DNA of 34,152 nucleotides. Origin: Spirochaetia bacterium (GTDB lineage: Bacteria; Spirochaetota; Spirochaetia; Treponematales; Rectinemataceae). The notes under the pieces are model-generated. The model was not told where the DNA came from. It saw only the letters and a list, made by a program, of their open reading frames with translations, and searched no databases. A program made the position numbers and the translations under genes. The first letter of the stretch is position 1. Every line of letters starts with the position of its first letter. Below, piece by piece: positions 26,301 through 34,152 of the stretch. The stretch lies in NCBI GenBank assembly GCA_034003305.1, contig JAVEYV010000001.1:1-34152 (forward strand), read 5' to 3'.

Positions 26301-29300
26301 AAATTACGCGCTTCGTCACTCTGGATGCGCAGAAGACGCATCTCAAGCTCTGCCGATGCCCATGCAAATTCCATTGCCCTGTCGATAGCTTGAGGAATGC
26401 TGTACTTATCGATCAATGTAAGGACTGTCTCACGGGAGGCTCCGACGGCAAGAATCATGGATATTTGAATCCGTTTGCCGGGAGCCAAGGTAATGCTCTT
26501 GCGCAGGCTAAGAATCGGATCCAAGACAAAGCCTTGGCTGCCGCCTGATTCTTCTTCGGCGCCCATTGGATGAGCGAGTGTGCGTCCCCGGCCGATAAAT
26601 CGGCGCCGGTCGGTCTCGAAGCGCAGGGGCTTATCCGCAGTTTCTCCGGCACTTGGCTGCAGGGTGAGACGATGTGCGACATATATTGGCGGATCGGTAT
26701 CGCTTCGGAGGCGGCGATACGCTAAAAGCGCTTCTTGTTCAGGCAAGGCCTCGGTCTGAATGAACATTTTATTGAACGCAGGATGCTGCCTGTCAACGTT
26801 GTGCGGCGCCAATGCCAGTTCGATGTAGCTTGTTAGTTCCAAGTGACGGTTATAGCCCGATCTGTTGACCAGGGTCATACGGCGAATTTCCACATCGTCT
26901 TCCGGCGCGACGATTATTTCAGTCTCTGTCAAAATATGACTGTCTACGCGCCGGAACACGGCACGGTCCAGGGAAAAGTTAGCGCTGAACTGTTCTACAT
27001 GACCTCTGATCGGTTGATAGGCAGTGCACCACAATCGACCGGAATCAACATCGCGAATATAGCAGAATGTTCCCCAGGGATCTTGAGTCGGATCCGATCT
27101 CCAGCGGGTTATCTCAAAATCCCCCCAACGACTATAGCCTCCGCCGACGTTTGTCAGCATAAGCTTGTATTTGCCGTTGCAGAGCAATTGGGTTTTAGGC
27201 CTTGAGGTATGCGGGGTTTCGAACTGGCTGACCGAAGGCTTTGGCTCGCCGACGCTCGCTACCGAAGCAACGCGTTCACGGGTGGTAATATGGTGGAGGG
27301 GTGGCATAATTGGAATCCGTTCCTGGAGCAGAGGCTCAACCATTCGTATGCGCGGGTCGGCGCGAAATTGCCGCTTCAGGTAGTCGTTTTGCAGAAAATT
27401 TGCCAACGCCAGGAAACTCATGCCTTGATGATGCGCCATGTATGCACGCACGATTACCCCATGCCCGACTGGATTCATTGATTGCCGACTATAGTCCAAG
27501 GCTTCGAAATAACCATAGTCGCTCAATAATCCCAATGTGGCCAATCGCTTCAAGTTGAGCACCGTCTCTTGCGGCGCAAGGCTAACCGCCAGCAGCGAGG
27601 CATACGGAGCAACGACGATTTTTTCCGCCAGACCTCGCTTAAGTCCGAGCTCCGGTACCCCGAAGGCTTGGTATTGATACGATTTTTGGATATCCAGATC
27701 CCCAAAGGCGCATTCAGAGATTCCCCAGGGTACGTGATGCTTAAGCCCAAAGGCAATTTGTATCGCGATGGCCTCTTTGGCAGTTTTATCCAGTAAGGAA
27801 TTTTTATAGGTTCTCTGAAAAAGCAAGGGCATCAAGTATTCGAACATCGTCCCAGTCCAGCTGAGAAGAACCCGACGGCGGCCAATCGCGCCATAAGGCC
27901 GACCCATGGCGAACCAATGCTCTGCGGATATATCGCCGCGGGCAATAGCCACAAAGCCCCCTAAACGCGCCTCGCTTGCCAGTAAATCGTAAAAAGCATG
28001 ATCCAGGCGCCCTTCGGAAACATTGTAGCCAATGGAAAACAGGCGCCGCTCGGTATTGAAAAGAAAGCGCATATTCATCGATTCCGATAGTGCGTCGCAG
28101 GCGCGGGAAAGCTGCTCCACAATTGCCAGCATCTCGCCGGCCAGCCATTTCGCCCGATCATAGGCTTGCCCTATACGTTCGATCCAGTTCAAAAAGGAAG
28201 GGTCATTCGCAGGAGCTTTTGGCCGGATTGACTCAAGGAACGCAGCGCAGCCGGAAGTTCCGCCCGCCAGTTCCTTGAGAGAAGGCGCCTGCTTGAGCGC
28301 TGTGTGAAAAGCCGCTGCGGCCTGAGGATCCAGAACGGCAATCTCTTCTTCGGTCTTTTCGGATAAAATTTCAATCCAGGCGAAATACCGATCCGCGATA
28401 CCCAGCCAAGCCGCCGCGCTGCTTTGAACCTGAGCGCTCCAATACGCTGTCTCCGCTTTTTCGGCAAGCGGCGGAATATCGCTCTGGACCCTGCCCGCTA
28501 TGCGCAGAATATCGATAATCGAAGCCGACGAGGATTCAAGCGAGAACTCCAGTTTTTTCAAAGCATGGGCAGTATCTCCGGAAATTTGCTCTTCCCGGCA
28601 AACCTGCCGTAGCACCCCGTTGGTGTCATGCAAGCCGGCAAGGGCTTTCTTATCCAAAAGCGGCGTATGTGCCAGCGACTCCAGCCCGCGGCGTAAGGTC
28701 CAAAGAGAGCCAAGCAGGTTCCCGCTATCTACAGTGGATACATAACGAGGATTTAAGGGAGCCAGTGTCTTGATATCATACCAATTGAGAAGATGACCTT
28801 CATGGCGCTCAAGCTTCTCTATAGTCTCCATCGTCTTGGTCAGTTTTTGAGCTACTTCGTCCAGGGAGAGATAGCCAAAATCAAAGGCGCTCAGCACACT
28901 GACCAAATACAAACCAATATTCGTCGGGCTGGTTCTAAACGCCAGTCCTTTTTCGTAGAAAACTTGGAAATTATCAGGCGGCAGCCAGGAACTTTCTTCA
29001 TTTACAAAGTCCGTGAAATAGCGCCAGGTGCGCCGCGCAACGTTTCTTAAAAACTGCTGATCTTCCTCAGGCAGCGCCTCTCTTGGCGCGATTGCGTGAG
29101 GCCGACGATTGAGTTGCCAACTGAATACTGGCGATAGTATCCAGAGCAGCAGCCAGGGGGAGGCAATCCCAAGATTGGCCGGCCGAGCAATCCCGATAGC
29201 GCCGCCCACGAACAGGCTGAAAAGACTTGCCAGACCCATGGCGAAGGTAAACTTCCTCACCTTAGCCTTCGACTTGGCATTCATCGCCTGGGCCGAAGTC

Positions 29301-32300
29301 CATTCCAGCAATCCCCGATGCGAGATCCAGCGACGATACAAAACCCTTCCGATGGCATCCAGCGAAAGCCAGGCCTGGAAGGGCAATAAAGCAGACTTTA
29401 TTACCACGCGGAGCAGATCATGTGCCGCTTTTTCAATCGAAGCCCTTTTAAATCCCCTTCCGCTGGCAGCCCAGGCGAATGGCTGCATCAAGGAATGAAA
29501 GAGAAGCTGTGCCGCGACAACTATGCTTGCAGCCACGCCGGCCCGCGGGGAAACGAGCCATGCGCTGATCAATAAGGCCAGGCTGGCCACGGGAAGCAGG
29601 CTGCGCCTCAGATTGTCGCAAATTTTCCAGCGATCGAGCCACAAGAGCGGATTAGGGCCCTTGCTGAGATCAGCGTGGGGAACTCGGGGCATTATCCAAT
29701 TGGCGATCTGCCAATCGCCGCGAATCCATCGATGCTGCCGCTTTGCATAGCTCAGGAAATCTTGGGGAAACTCATCGTACAGTTCTATGTCGGAGGCAAA
29801 GCCCACCCGGACATGGGCTCCTTCAATCAGATCGTGGCTGAGCAGCAGCGCCTCCGGGAATTTCCCGGATATGATTTTATTGAAGGCTTGTACATCATAA
29901 ATGCCTTTCCCATGATAGGAGCCTTCTCCGGAAAGGTCCTGATATACATCGGAGACGGTGTTGGTATAGGGATCTATGCCGATCGGGTCCGAAAAGAGCC
30001 GGCTGAAGGGAGTGCCGTTTGTGCTTGGGAGTGAAGGGCTGACGCGCGGCTGAATTATGGTATACCCGGATGCTATGCGACCCGATTCATCGAAACGAAC
30101 CCGGTTGAGCGGATGCGCCAAGGTTTCTATCATCCTCCGGGCCGCGTTGGCAGGCAGCTGCGTGTCGCTGTCCAAGGTAATTACAAATCGCACGGTTGAT
30201 AAAACGGCTGGATCGCCTATATGAACCAAAGACTCCGCGTCGCGGGGGCGCTCGCCGACTATAAGAGTATTGAGCTCTTCCAATTTCCCGCGTTTACGCT
30301 CCCAACCAATGAATTTTTGCTCACACTCGCTCCACTTCCGCTCGCGGTGCAGCAACAGGAAGCGCTTGCCGCCATATCTCTGGTTAAGCTTCTGGATACT
30401 CTCTTTCGCGTATCGCAATAGCTCCTTGTCCGCCTCGCAATGGGCGGTGGATGCGTCGCTGAAATCCGAGAACAGGCTAAAGAGCAGATTATTCTCTTTA
30501 TTGGCCAGATATCGGATCTCAAGCTTTTCCACTTCTCCTTGTATCGTCGCTCTATCCACCAACATCATGGGAACGACTACCAGGGTTCGGCAGGAAGTCG
30601 GAATCCCCGACTGGCTAAAATCGAGTTTCGGCAGCGATCGAACTGGAAAAAGCTTTATTATAATTGTATTCAGCAGTTCCTGCGACAATTGACTTGCTGG
30701 AAGAAGCAAGAGTACAGCGAATAAAAACCGGAACCCCAGTCCGCTGGTAAAGGCGCCGGTCTGCAGAGCCAGGGTGATTAGCCCGGCCGAAAAAAAAGCC
30801 AACGCGAGAAAATAAACCGACGAATGATGCCGATATGCCCAATGCAAGGCGCGAAAACGCAAGGTCTCCCGGCATCCAATCATTCGCGCCAGTTTGGCTC
30901 TCTTTTCGCCGATCAAATAGGTCCCGATATGAATCGCCCGATCGTCCGCTGCCGGGTCCTCATAAGCGCTCATTGCCAGTTGAACGACCCGCTCTGCGAC
31001 TTGTTCTTCTTTGAGATCGGACCCGCGGTGCAGATCTTCGATCGCCCGCCTATAGCGGTCGCGCGTGGAAAAATCCATGGTCGAGTAGATTCCGGCTGGA
31101 TCATTTTTAAGTATCGCTTCCACGCGACTGAGCCGCTCAAAACAAAGCTTCCAGTCCAGCACGGCGAGAAGACGGAGACTCGTAAAAGCGTTCCCGATGG
31201 AGATTTGATCCTTGGTTTGCTGATTCTTCACGCGCAGGATTATCTCATTCAAGGATTTTTGGAAGCTGCGTTCAAGCCATCCCTTCACCGGAGCCATCGC
31301 CGCTTCTTCGTCATAAAGATAATCGTTTAACTGCGAGGCAAAGTAGGGACTCGGGGCGGGATACGCTTTAGTCAACTCGGCCATAATCACAAACAACTGA
31401 CCAGGATCGCGCCTATTGGCGGTGATGAGCCTGTGCGCCCAGAAATCCGCGATTTCCTGCTCCCGCAGCTCGATGAGGGCTCGACTCGCCAGCTCTTCGA
31501 TTCCCTCTATAAGAGCCATCCGCAGCATCTGGGGAACTGCCCATAGTTCGCCGATCGAAAGAGATGTCACCGATTGATAGGCTTCGACGAAGGCCATTAT
31601 GGTTTGTTCATCCACCAGCAACTCGGTTCGAGCGGTTAGTTCATGCGCAAGGCTGTAGATGCGCGGCAAACCGCGATCGTTCTCATTTGCGAGAGCCGGC
31701 AGCTGCCGGTAAAAGGGCCACGGAAGATTCAAGCGAACATCCCGCGCATTGCCTTCGAGGATATACTCATTATCCAAAAGCCATTCCGCGGTCGGCGGTA
31801 CGCTTTGCTTTAAATGCGATGCTTCGCCTAGATCCCGACATATCTTTTGTATCCATTCGCGCCCTCGCTCCAACCGCTTAAGCAGATCGGCATTCCGCAA
31901 GGGCTCCGGATCAAGTCGGTGCTCAGCCGCCAGAAGCAAAGCGTACTCATGAAGTTGAGTCAGACTCAACAATGAGCCCTCAAATCCGTGCTTTCTTTGG
32001 TATTTGCCTGGTCTTTTTCGTTTAGGATGTAAAACAAAAACCGCCGGTATCGCTTCTTCACTTTCCAGTAAAATGTTTGCCGGTATTTTTAACGTTTCAA
32101 TCGGAGCCATAAGGATAAGCGCTGTATCTCCAGCGATGAGCCAACGCTCATGATTTTTTATTAATTCTTTCTTTACACCGAAAAACCAGCGCTGCAAGAA
32201 AGGCTTGCCGATACGGATCTCTCCTCCGGCGTCCTTGCTAATCCAGGCAACGCGGCGAAATCCCTTATTTTTTAGTTTTTGGAATGCCCTGATCGCTTCC

Positions 32301-32341
32301 TGCTGTGCGAGGAAATATCCAATGAGGAGCCCCGTATTCAT
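23333..32341 (-). CDS. cgs: Cyclic beta-1,2-glucan synthase homologue (Cgs/NdvB/ChvB-type; GT84 domain, central cyclization domain, C-terminal GH94 phosphorylase-like domain), 3002 aa
   Basis: A single uninterrupted 9-kb ORF with an AAGGA RBS. GT motifs: VITLDSDTQLP (nt 30152-30181, with DSDT at 30161-30172) and QHRWIRGDWQ (nt 29708-29737). TM helices flank the GT domain. The central region reads FYDLLASEARLGGFVAIARGD...WTGTMFEYLMPLLF. The GH94-type region has SGDWNDAMN (DWND at nt 24305-24316) and GGWSWYTGSAAWMY. Confidence 0.9.
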   Translation of the reverse strand: MNTGLLIGYFLAQQEAIRAFQKLKNKGFRRVAWISKDAGGEIRIGKPFLQRWFFGVKKELIKNHERWLIAGDTALILMAPIETLKIPANILLESEEAIPAVFVLHPKRKRPGKYQRKHGFEGSLLSLTQLHEYALLLAAEHRLDPEPLRNADLLKRLERGREWIQKICRDLGEASHLKQSVPPTAEWLLDNEYILEGNARDVRLNLPWPFYRQLPALANENDRGLPRIYSLAHELTARTELLVDEQTIMAFVEAYQSVTSLSIGELWAVPQMLRMALIEGIEELASRALIELREQEIADFWAHRLITANRRDPGQLFVIMAELTKAYPAPSPYFASQLNDYLYDEEAAMAPVKGWLERSFQKSLNEIILRVKNQQTKDQISIGNAFTSLRLLAVLDWKLCFERLSRVEAILKNDPAGIYSTMDFSTRDRYRRAIEDLHRGSDLKEEQVAERVVQLAMSAYEDPAADDRAIHIGTYLIGEKRAKLARMIGCRETLRFRALHWAYRHHSSVYFLALAFFSAGLITLALQTGAFTSGLGFRFLFAVLLLLPASQLSQELLNTIIIKLFPVRSLPKLDFSQSGIPTSCRTLVVVPMMLVDRATIQGEVEKLEIRYLANKENNLLFSLFSDFSDASTAHCEADKELLRYAKESIQKLNQRYGGKRFLLLHRERKWSECEQKFIGWERKRGKLEELNTLIVGERPRDAESLVHIGDPAVLSTVRFVITLDSDTQLPANAARRMIETLAHPLNRVRFDESGRIASGYTIIQPRVSPSLPSTNGTPFSRLFSDPIGIDPYTNTVSDVYQDLSGEGSYHGKGIYDVQAFNKIISGKFPEALLLSHDLIEGAHVRVGFASDIELYDEFPQDFLSYAKRQHRWIRGDWQIANWIMPRVPHADLSKGPNPLLWLDRWKICDNLRRSLLPVASLALLISAWLVSPRAGVAASIVVAAQLLFHSLMQPFAWAASGRGFKRASIEKAAHDLLRVVIKSALLPFQAWLSLDAIGRVLYRRWISHRGLLEWTSAQAMNAKSKAKVRKFTFAMGLASLFSLFVGGAIGIARPANLGIASPWLLLWILSPVFSWQLNRRPHAIAPREALPEEDQQFLRNVARRTWRYFTDFVNEESSWLPPDNFQVFYEKGLAFRTSPTNIGLYLVSVLSAFDFGYLSLDEVAQKLTKTMETIEKLERHEGHLLNWYDIKTLAPLNPRYVSTVDSGNLLGSLWTLRRGLESLAHTPLLDKKALAGLHDTNGVLRQVCREEQISGDTAHALKKLEFSLESSSASIIDILRIAGRVQSDIPPLAEKAETAYWSAQVQSSAAAWLGIADRYFAWIEILSEKTEEEIAVLDPQAAAAFHTALKQAPSLKELAGGTSGCAAFLESIRPKAPANDPSFLNWIERIGQAYDRAKWLAGEMLAIVEQLSRACDALSESMNMRFLFNTERRLFSIGYNVSEGRLDHAFYDLLASEARLGGFVAIARGDISAEHWFAMGRPYGAIGRRRVLLSWTGTMFEYLMPLLFQRTYKNSLLDKTAKEAIAIQIAFGLKHHVPWGISECAFGDLDIQKSYQYQAFGVPELGLKRGLAEKIVVAPYASLLAVSLAPQETVLNLKRLATLGLLSDYGYFEALDYSRQSMNPVGHGVIVRAYMAHHQGMSFLALANFLQNDYLKRQFRADPRIRMVEPLLQERIPIMPPLHHITTRERVASVASVGEPKPSVSQFETPHTSRPKTQLLCNGKYKLMLTNVGGGYSRWGDFEITRWRSDPTQDPWGTFCYIRDVDSGRLWCTAYQPIRGHVEQFSANFSLDRAVFRRVDSHILTETEIIVAPEDDVEIRRMTLVNRSGYNRHLELTSYIELALAPHNVDRQHPAFNKMFIQTEALPEQEALLAYRRLRSDTDPPIYVAHRLTLQPSAGETADKPLRFETDRRRFIGRGRTLAHPMGAEEESGGSQGFVLDPILSLRKSITLAPGKRIQISMILAVGASRETVLTLIDKYSIPQAIDRAMEFAWASAELEMRLLRIQSDEARNFQQLASHLLYPGSLLRAASQRIAENRKGQSGLWTYAISGDVPIAMVVIEETHDLGLVRQMLQAHDYWRRHGLLADLVILNEESSGYNQPLREELLHLIQALDSNAGTGHPGGVFLLSEDKIPAEDISLLHAAASVVLIAARGNLTQQFAVPALVPLALSAPLARKRVPLDPSAALPFMELPFFNSLGGFSPDGREYVIYLGPGMNTPAPWANVMANPEFGTLISETGAGFTWQGNSQRNRLTQWSNDPVMDPPPEAIFLRDEDSGIYWSPTASPVREEPAYRARHGAGYTVFEHNSHGIEQELSVFVPVDDAGGEPVKLQKLVLRNASNRLRRLSLTYYAELTLGESRESSQMHVVTAWDEEAQAMLIRNRYHPEYGNRVAFAAVSAAATSYTADRAAFIGRNRTLGNPSAMERIRLAGRTGAGLDPCVAIQVMLKLAPGERLEVSCMLGQVESAREVHALVFKYRDLHAVNAALRKTKAWWDTRLEVVQVHTPELAADLMINRWLLYQSLSCRVWGRSGFYQSGGAFGFRDQLQDVMALLYAHPSLARGHILLAASRQFKEGDVQHWWHPPSGAGIRSRISDDLLWLPYVVARYISVTADVNILQEMVPFIDAALLTEGQHESFQSPNVSSEQATLFEHCRRALAHSQRFGIHGLPLMGSGDWNDAMNLVGAKGKGESVWLAWFMIDVVKGMAELSALAGHPELSQAYEKERSALIEHVEGFAWDGEWYVRATFDDGTLLGASRNAEAQIDSLPQSWAALSGAGDKERTATALEAAWKRLVHKDEKLVQLFTPPFDTSEPSPGYINGYPPGVRENGGQYTHAAVWLAMAMARRGDGTRAIEILRMLNPIEHSREPEGVWRYGVEPYVVAADVYRLQGRIGQGGWSWYTGSAAWMYRAWVEEILGLKIRGGTMEISPVIPGWWDGFQMSYRHGEAMYEIRVENPEHCEQGVSFVDMDGARMEDGIIQLAPAPGTHEVIVRMGKQKQVSH

Positions 32342-32383
32342 AACTGTCCTTTAAGAAAACCGGCATGTTGGGAAAGGTGCAGC

Positions 32384-32530
32384 TTAAAGGCGCTTGCCCT
32401 TGATGATACGGATAAGAACAAGCACTACGGCGATTACCAAGAGAATGTGGATGAATCCGCCCAACGTATAGGAGCTAACCAAGCCCAATACCCAAAGTAT
32501 GACCAATATTATCGATGCATACATCAACAT
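32384..32530 (-). CDS. lmo0937-family small membrane protein
   Basis: The core MLMYASIILVILWVLGLVSSYTLGGFIHILLVIAVVLVLIRIIKGKRL matches the roughly 48-aa lmo0937 family pattern (LWLLG...GGxIHILLVIAxV...R). Start at the ATG at 32530, after a GGAAGGAAGGAAG RBS. Confidence 0.7.
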   Translation of the reverse strand: MLMYASIILVILWVLGLVSSYTLGGFIHILLVIAVVLVLIRIIKGKRL

Positions 32531-32624
32531 TTCTTCCTTCCTTCGGATATCATGCCGCCGCCTCGCTAAAAAGTTTTCAGGCTGTTGAGCGGTCAATCAT
32601 CCCATACATCTTGACGTAAGGCTT

Positions 32625-33407
32625 TCAGCGTACACTGATGCCCAAGAATAGCTCGATCGAAGCAAACCTCCCCGGCGCCAGCTCGAAATCATTCTCGAGA
32701 CGGAGATTTCTTGAGACCAAGGTCAGTCTATGGGTCCCTGGAGTTGTCTTGCCGAAGGCAGACTGGATGCGTTTCCCGTCCAGGTAAATCTCCACATCGC
32801 TGAATTTTGCCGGCCTTCCACCGTTAGCGGTGAAGTACTCGGGAATTTTTATTTCATAGTCAACAAAACGATACTTGAAGGCAAGTTTGGCGTGCAGTTG
32901 ATAAAAACCGTTAAGCATCACAGTGTTACGGTAGTCTTCATACCCTTCGAGCCTGATGACAATAGCGTAGATTCCTGGATTCAAAAACGAGACAAAGGGG
33001 GTTTCTCCGGCAAAGGCTTCATTGAGAAATACTTTTGCTCCGGAAACATTCGAGTCAACGCGTAATTGCGCTAAAGCCCCCTGCTGATAAAGCTGCGGAG
33101 GCGGCAGTTGTGTTCCTCCTGGAGACATAGCTGTTCCGAGGGTGGCGAGAATTGTTATCGGGCTATTTCCGACAATAACGGTGGTTTTAAATTCCGGGAA
33201 CCCGCTTTTTGATACTCGGATAGTATACTGCCCGGGGAATATCAAAGCCGAATAATTTGGGGATGTATACCCTATAAGGCTATCATTGAGGTAAACCCCT
33301 GCCCCCGACTGGTCGCAGCGCACCAAGAGGGAAGTCTTTGCCTGGGCAAACAACAAACCGTTCAGCGCAACAAAAACAATAGTAGCCACAAGAATTCTTT
33401 TTTTCAT
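32625..33407 (-). CDS. Secreted protein with three PEGA-like repeats
   Basis: Signal peptide MKKRILVATIVFVALNGLLFAQA. Three repeats fit the PEGA pattern: GAGVYLNDSLIGYTSP...GQYTIRVSKSGF, GAKVFLNEAFAGETPF...GIYAIVIRLEGY and EIYLDGKRIQSAFGKTTPGTHRLTL. Confidence 0.7.
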   Translation of the reverse strand: MKKRILVATIVFVALNGLLFAQAKTSLLVRCDQSGAGVYLNDSLIGYTSPNYSALIFPGQYTIRVSKSGFPEFKTTVIVGNSPITILATLGTAMSPGGTQLPPPQLYQQGALAQLRVDSNVSGAKVFLNEAFAGETPFVSFLNPGIYAIVIRLEGYEDYRNTVMLNGFYQLHAKLAFKYRFVDYEIKIPEYFTANGGRPAKFSDVEIYLDGKRIQSAFGKTTPGTHRLTLVSRNLRLENDFELAPGRFASIELFLGISVR

Positions 33408-33430
33408 GGTCAGGTCCTCTCCTTGGGAAT

Positions 33431-33970
33431 TTATTCAAATCGAGCCACTTTCCAGTATTCAAGATGCAACGTGTAACCATTTACCTTCTTTTCGCTGATG
33501 CCAGAAGGTTCCCCTAGATTACTCCTTGTCGCGAAGATGCTTGGGGTCAACCCGGCGGACTTGTTTAAAAGCTTTGCGGAGTCAGCAGTATCCGAAAGCG
33601 CGCGACCATAGATAACTGGATCGGAAATTATAGGGCCCGAATTGGCGAGATACAAATAAAAATACGTGTTGAGCGGACCGTAGGGATCGTACGAGGAAGC
33701 ATACTCGGCGGTGAGGGTATAGTTGAATATATAGTATCCGCCATACAAGGTTTTGTAGCTCGCGTAATAGGTCCCGATTTCAGACAGATACGGCTGGTTT
33801 TCGGCAGTTACATACTGGAAAGCGGGATTGGTATCGGCGACATCCCAAACGCCTGTATCCCATCCGTACTGAATGTAGACATCGCCCGTTACGTAAACCT
33901 GGACAACGCATGCGGATAACAAGACAAGCGCAAAAGCTCCCAGGACAATCCATACTCTTCGTTTTCTCAT
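33431..33970 (-). CDS. Tyr-rich putative lipoprotein of unknown function
   Basis: MRKRRVWIVLGAFALVLLSAC is a signal peptide with a lipobox. The mature part is rich in Tyr, Gly and Thr. I recognise no family. Confidence 0.6.
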   Translation of the reverse strand: MRKRRVWIVLGAFALVLLSACVVQVYVTGDVYIQYGWDTGVWDVADTNPAFQYVTAENQPYLSEIGTYYASYKTLYGGYYIFNYTLTAEYASSYDPYGPLNTYFYLYLANSGPIISDPVIYGRALSDTADSAKLLNKSAGLTPSIFATRSNLGEPSGISEKKVNGYTLHLEYWKVARFE

Positions 33971-34019
33971 ATCCCTGTCACTTCCTTATCCCATAGATAT
34001 ACGCTGGGAGCGATGCTGT

Positions 34020-34106
34020 CTGTGTGGCAGCACACATATGCTCCGGATACGAGAAGCCGGCAATAAGGCCAATTACTGCGTAAATACTATGTGTGCCATC
34101 GCACAG
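34020..34106. repeat. Interrupted inverted repeat upstream of the lipoprotein gene
   Basis: CTGTGTGGCAGCACACATA (34020-34038) and TATGTGTGCCATCGCACAG (34088-34106). The outer 5 bp and the 9-bp core CACACATA/TATGTGTG are complementary. The central 5 nt are not. Confidence 0.5.
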
Positions 34107-34152
34107 AGTCGTTTTTGTTATATGAATAAAATTAAAACAATTTCAAAAATCT

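Noticed and set aside
1-34152. CRISPR arrays, rRNA genes, IS elements, toxin-antitoxin pairs, and restriction-modification or other known defence systems.
   Set aside because: I saw no regularly spaced direct repeats, no rRNA-like conserved stretches, and no ORFs with transposase, nuclease, methylase or defence ATPase motifs on either strand.

Overview
This 34.2-kb window looks like ordinary bacterial chromosome. By spot counts, GC is about 60% on the left and clearly lower on the right. I support 28 protein-coding genes, one tRNA, and several regulatory or terminator structures.

Left to right:
- A polyprenyl-diphosphate synthase, cut by the window edge.
- A short RpoD/RpoS-like sigma-70 family sigma factor, preceded by a sigma-54-type -24/-12 element.
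- A SEC-C-motif protein.
- A tightly packed fabD-fabG-fabF-glgX string with no acpP.
- An alkyltransferase-like (ATL) protein, a UPF0158-GNAT fusion, a PHP phosphoesterase and thyX.
- A DUF2804-like protein, a 3-hydroxyisobutyrate-dehydrogenase-like oxidoreductase and a cyclophilin.
- A three-gene ABC importer of the TrpXYZ-like type (ABC_sub_bind binding protein, permease, ATPase).
- A translationally coupled trio: a C_GCAxxG_C_C protein, a SagB-type dehydrogenase and an adenosine-specific-kinase-family protein.
- glpK, a DinB-family protein, an MgtC-family protein, a HAD hydrolase and a tRNA with anticodon CAT.
- Directly after the tRNA, a lower-GC block: a 3002-aa cyclic beta-1,2-glucan synthase homologue (GT84 plus cyclization plus GH94 domains). 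It lies downstream of a lipoprotein, a triple-PEGA protein and an lmo0937-family mini membrane protein, all on the same strand.

I see no CRISPR array, transposase, integrase, rRNA, or recognisable defence or toxin-antitoxin genes.

The most noteworthy observations, all hypotheses from reading the sequence:
- The tRNA-flanked Cgs envelope cluster, which has an N-terminal extension and no adjacent NdvA/ChvA-type exporter.
- The sigma-54 promoter architecture in front of the alternative sigma factor.
- The uncharacterised C_GCAxxG_C_C / SagB-type / PF04008-like operon, with phased direct repeats upstream.
- An AT-rich triple-hairpin island upstream of the ABC operon.

No database search or computation was possible. 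All family calls rest on motifs I recognise in the translations.
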